From positions 1 through 64,000 of the IMG/VR virus record IMGVR_UViG_3300021311_000141: 64,000 nucleotides of DNA; one strand, given 5' to 3'. Each line of letters starts with the position of its first letter. Position 1 is the stretch's first letter. The notes below the pieces were generated by a model. That model made no database searches, was not told the DNA's origin, and worked only from the letters and a program-made list of their open reading frames with translations. A program made the position numbers and the translations under genes. The DNA comes from a virus (Duplodnaviria; Caudoviricetes). Positions 62,085 through 64,000 of the stretch are shown here, piece by piece.

Positions 62085-62370
62085 GAATTTGCCAACGCGG
62101 GAAAGCCCGTGCGGCCCGCCAAGAGGCGGAATTGCTCCTTGAAAATCGAGCCAGAAGAAGCCCCCAGGTAGCCGGGAAAGGTCGCTCCCCATCGGTTGCC
62201 GCAAGGTGGATGGATGCTTGAGCAAAGCCGCGCCGGACGCAATGATGCAGGCGCGAAACAAGACGCACTGACGAATTTTTGTTCTCAACGGCCCGCGAGA
62301 GATCGCGGGCCGAAACGGAACGGAAATTGACGGAAACTCAAAAACGCCTTATTTAGGAGGCGAGGCTGGA

Positions 62371-62541
62371 ATGAAAAAAGAAATTTTGGCGTATCTGATT
62401 GGTCTGTGCCAAGCGGCGTCTGCCGCTCTTCTTGCCTCGGCTGTGATAGTGCCAGAGCAAAGGGCGGCTGCGCTTTTTGCCTGCTATATTGCGGCGGCGC
62501 TGGGCCTCTTTTTTGTCTTCCAGAAGAACAAGGAGGACTGA
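62371..62541 (+). CDS. Small two-TM protein (56 aa, not in the ORF track)
   Basis: AGGAGG SD; MKKEILAYLIGLCQAASAALLASAVIVPEQRAAALFACYIAAALGLFFVFQKNKED. Confidence 0.65.
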   Translation: MKKEILAYLIGLCQAASAALLASAVIVPEQRAAALFACYIAAALGLFFVFQKNKED

Positions 62542-62542
62542 T

Positions 62543-62632
62543 ATGTTTGGTGTCTGGGCCTATCTGATCGGCATTTTTGTAACAGGCCTTCTGGTCTGCA
62601 AGTTCCTTCCTTCTGACAAGTTGGACAAATGA
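62543..62632 (+). CDS. Tiny single-TM peptide (29 aa, not in the ORF track)
   Basis: AAGGAGGA SD; MFGVWAYLIGIFVTGLLVCKFLPSDKLDK. Confidence 0.6.
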   Translation: MFGVWAYLIGIFVTGLLVCKFLPSDKLDK

Positions 62633-62660
62633 GTTGTCCACAATAATAATTGGTCACAAT

Positions 62661-62695
62661 GCCCCCCGGATGATTCTCCGGGGGGCTATTTTTTT
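62661..62695 (+). terminator. Intrinsic terminator (tL1-like)
   Basis: 10-bp stem gccccccgga/tccggggggc followed by tattttttt. Confidence 0.85.
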
Positions 62696-62708
62696 ACCAA
62701 AAGGAAAT

Positions 62709-62891
62709 ATGACAGCACTTACATTTGTGGAACGCCGCTGCGAGGGGCGGCAGTGGGCAGAATCGGCCAATCGTGGGACTTGCACCACGGAGGACGCCGC
62801 GCATAAAGCGCATGAAATCCTCCGGCATTGCGGCGAGATACAGTATCTCGCCTTCATCAGCGGATTTAACGAGGAGCTGCAAAACGCATGA
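62709..62891 (+). CDS. Hypothetical early protein
   Basis: AAGGA SD before MTALTF. Confidence 0.55.
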   Translation: MTALTFVERRCEGRQWAESANRGTCTTEDAAHKAHEILRHCGEIQYLAFISGFNEELQNA

Positions 62892-63199
62892 AAAGCAAGC
62901 TCCCTGTGACGGCAGGGAGCGCCCCGGAGGCGACCGGAGCCTGGGCGGTGCGGAACGTGAGGGAACGCCCTCAGTCGGGGGAATGGCAGTACCTCACCCG
63001 CCGCGCCAAAGGACACGGCTAGGCAGAAAGGGCGGTTGACCTGAATAAAGGGTTTGCCGGGCATGGGCGGCCCGCCTGCCGAAGACACCCCATGCGGAGC
63101 CCGCGCCGTCAGTAGCGCGCCGAAAGCGGGCACGGAGACGCTGCACCAGCCACGCAGCGAGGAAACATGCCGGGTGGCACCCGGTCTTGAACAAAAGAC

Positions 63200-63232
63200 A
63201 GGCCGTAGCTTATCGCTGCGGCCTTTTTGTTT
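63200..63232 (+). terminator. Intrinsic terminator ending a 350-nt structured intergenic region
   Basis: aggccgtagc-ttatc-gctgcggcct followed by ttttgttt. Confidence 0.75.
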
Positions 63233-63241
63233 GGAGGAACC

Positions 63242-63493
63242 ATGCGGATTTTTCTGCTCTATGCCTTCCTGCTGGCGAACGGCGAAAGCCTGATCGCAGA
63301 ACGCGAGGCGGCGTCCCCGCAAGGGCATCGCCCGGTGCGCTCCATGCGCGAGTGCGAGCGTATCGCCGCGGCGCAGGCTGAACGGTTCCGCATGGTTTTC
63401 GCCACAGCGGAAAACCGACTTTTCACAGACGTGACGATCCGCTGCGAGAAGCGGCCCGCCCAAAGCAGGACGGTACGGGAAAGGAGGCGGTGA
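63242..63493 (+). CDS. Hypothetical early protein
   Basis: GGAGG SD. Confidence 0.55.
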   Translation: MRIFLLYAFLLANGESLIAEREAASPQGHRPVRSMRECERIAAAQAERFRMVFATAENRLFTDVTIRCEKRPAQSRTVRERRR

Positions 63494-63687
63494 TGTGTTT
63501 CGGCATGGGCTGCATGTTTGAAGGCAGCCGTGGGGAGTGTGGGAAGTCGCTGCGCACACCATGCCCCATTGAAGCGCCGGGTGCATACGAACAGGCCATG
63601 AGCGCGAGAGATGACGCCATTGACCTGCGCTATGCGGAACTGCGCGAAAACCAGCCAAATGAGGTGGAACATGGCACAGGTCATTGA
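63490..63687 (+). CDS. Small Cys-containing hypothetical protein
   Basis: AAGGAGG SD, overlap with the previous stop. Confidence 0.5.
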   Translation: MMCFGMGCMFEGSRGECGKSLRTPCPIEAPGAYEQAMSARDDAIDLRYAELRENQPNEVEHGTGH

Positions 63688-63826
63688 TTTTTCACTCTGG
63701 AAGAGGCGCAGGAAGCCCATCACGGCGGTTTTCCGCACTGCCGGCGGCAGGGCCGTGGTCACGCGGTGCTGGTCATGGGCTGAAGTCATTTTGGCATTTG
63801 AACGCTCGCGGCAGGCTGCCGCGTAA
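63671..63826 (+). CDS. Hypothetical protein
   Basis: GAGG SD before MAQVIDF. Confidence 0.45.
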   Translation: MAQVIDFSLWKRRRKPITAVFRTAGGRAVVTRCWSWAEVILAFERSRQAAA

Positions 63827-63846
63827 ACCAATGGGGAGAGGTGGTT

Positions 63847-64000
63847 ATGAGCCAGAATCAGGGGCGCCGCGAAAGCGCCGGACTGTCGTTGAAGGAAGAC
63901 GCCGAGAGTGCGTTCAAGCGCATTGCTGCGGCCTGTCCGGAGGACGCCCAGGTGCTGGGCCAATATCTCGCCGCGCTACACAAGAAAAGCGTGGTCGCCC
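63847..64000 (+). CDS. Hypothetical protein, truncated at the window end
   Basis: GAGG SD; open reading frame to the window edge. Confidence 0.45.
   Translation, partial: MSQNQGRRESAGLSLKEDAESAFKRIAAACPEDAQVLGQYLAALHKKSVVA

Noticed and set aside
19923-64000. Second DGR target elsewhere in the window
   Set aside because: No further match to the TR (e.g. gtcgacgacgccaccgcgccc) noticed by eye; a BLASTn of the TR would be needed to exclude it, including outside the window
1-64000. tRNA/rRNA genes, integrase and att sites, plasmid repA/parAB
   Set aside because: None recognisable in the window, so integrated versus extrachromosomal state cannot be decided here

Overview
The whole window is one temperate phage or prophage, partial at the right edge, about 60% GC with AT-rich accessory islands. 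The host cannot be read from the sequence; an anaerobic Gram-negative such as a Desulfovibrionaceae member is only a guess. The left 47 kb, almost all on the minus strand, is a compact P1-like myovirus morphogenesis module: PacA/PacB terminase (with a 337-aa LAGLIDADG intein), baseplate, major capsid, sheath, tube, Sit tape measure, gp16/R/S fibre genes, a contiguous Dar anti-restriction operon (hdf, darA, a DdrA-like/ClpP fusion, ddrB-like, darB, ulx), portal and prohead protease. Where P1 has its Cin invertible tail-fibre segment, this phage has a complete diversity-generating retroelement: target/VR, hairpin, avd, TR, RT. TR and VR differ by 16 substitutions, all at TR adenines, plus one in-frame 3-nt insertion. 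The right 17 kb is lambdoid in layout: lysis cassette, nin-like genes with two DNA methyltransferases, O/P-like replication with an intragenic iteron origin, cII/cro/cI with matching OR/OL operators, an AT-rich cargo operon interrupted by a tnpB-only IS200/IS605 element, and a PL operon with two long structured non-coding stretches. P1 and lambda homologue names come from remembered motifs plus gene order and were not confirmed by any search.
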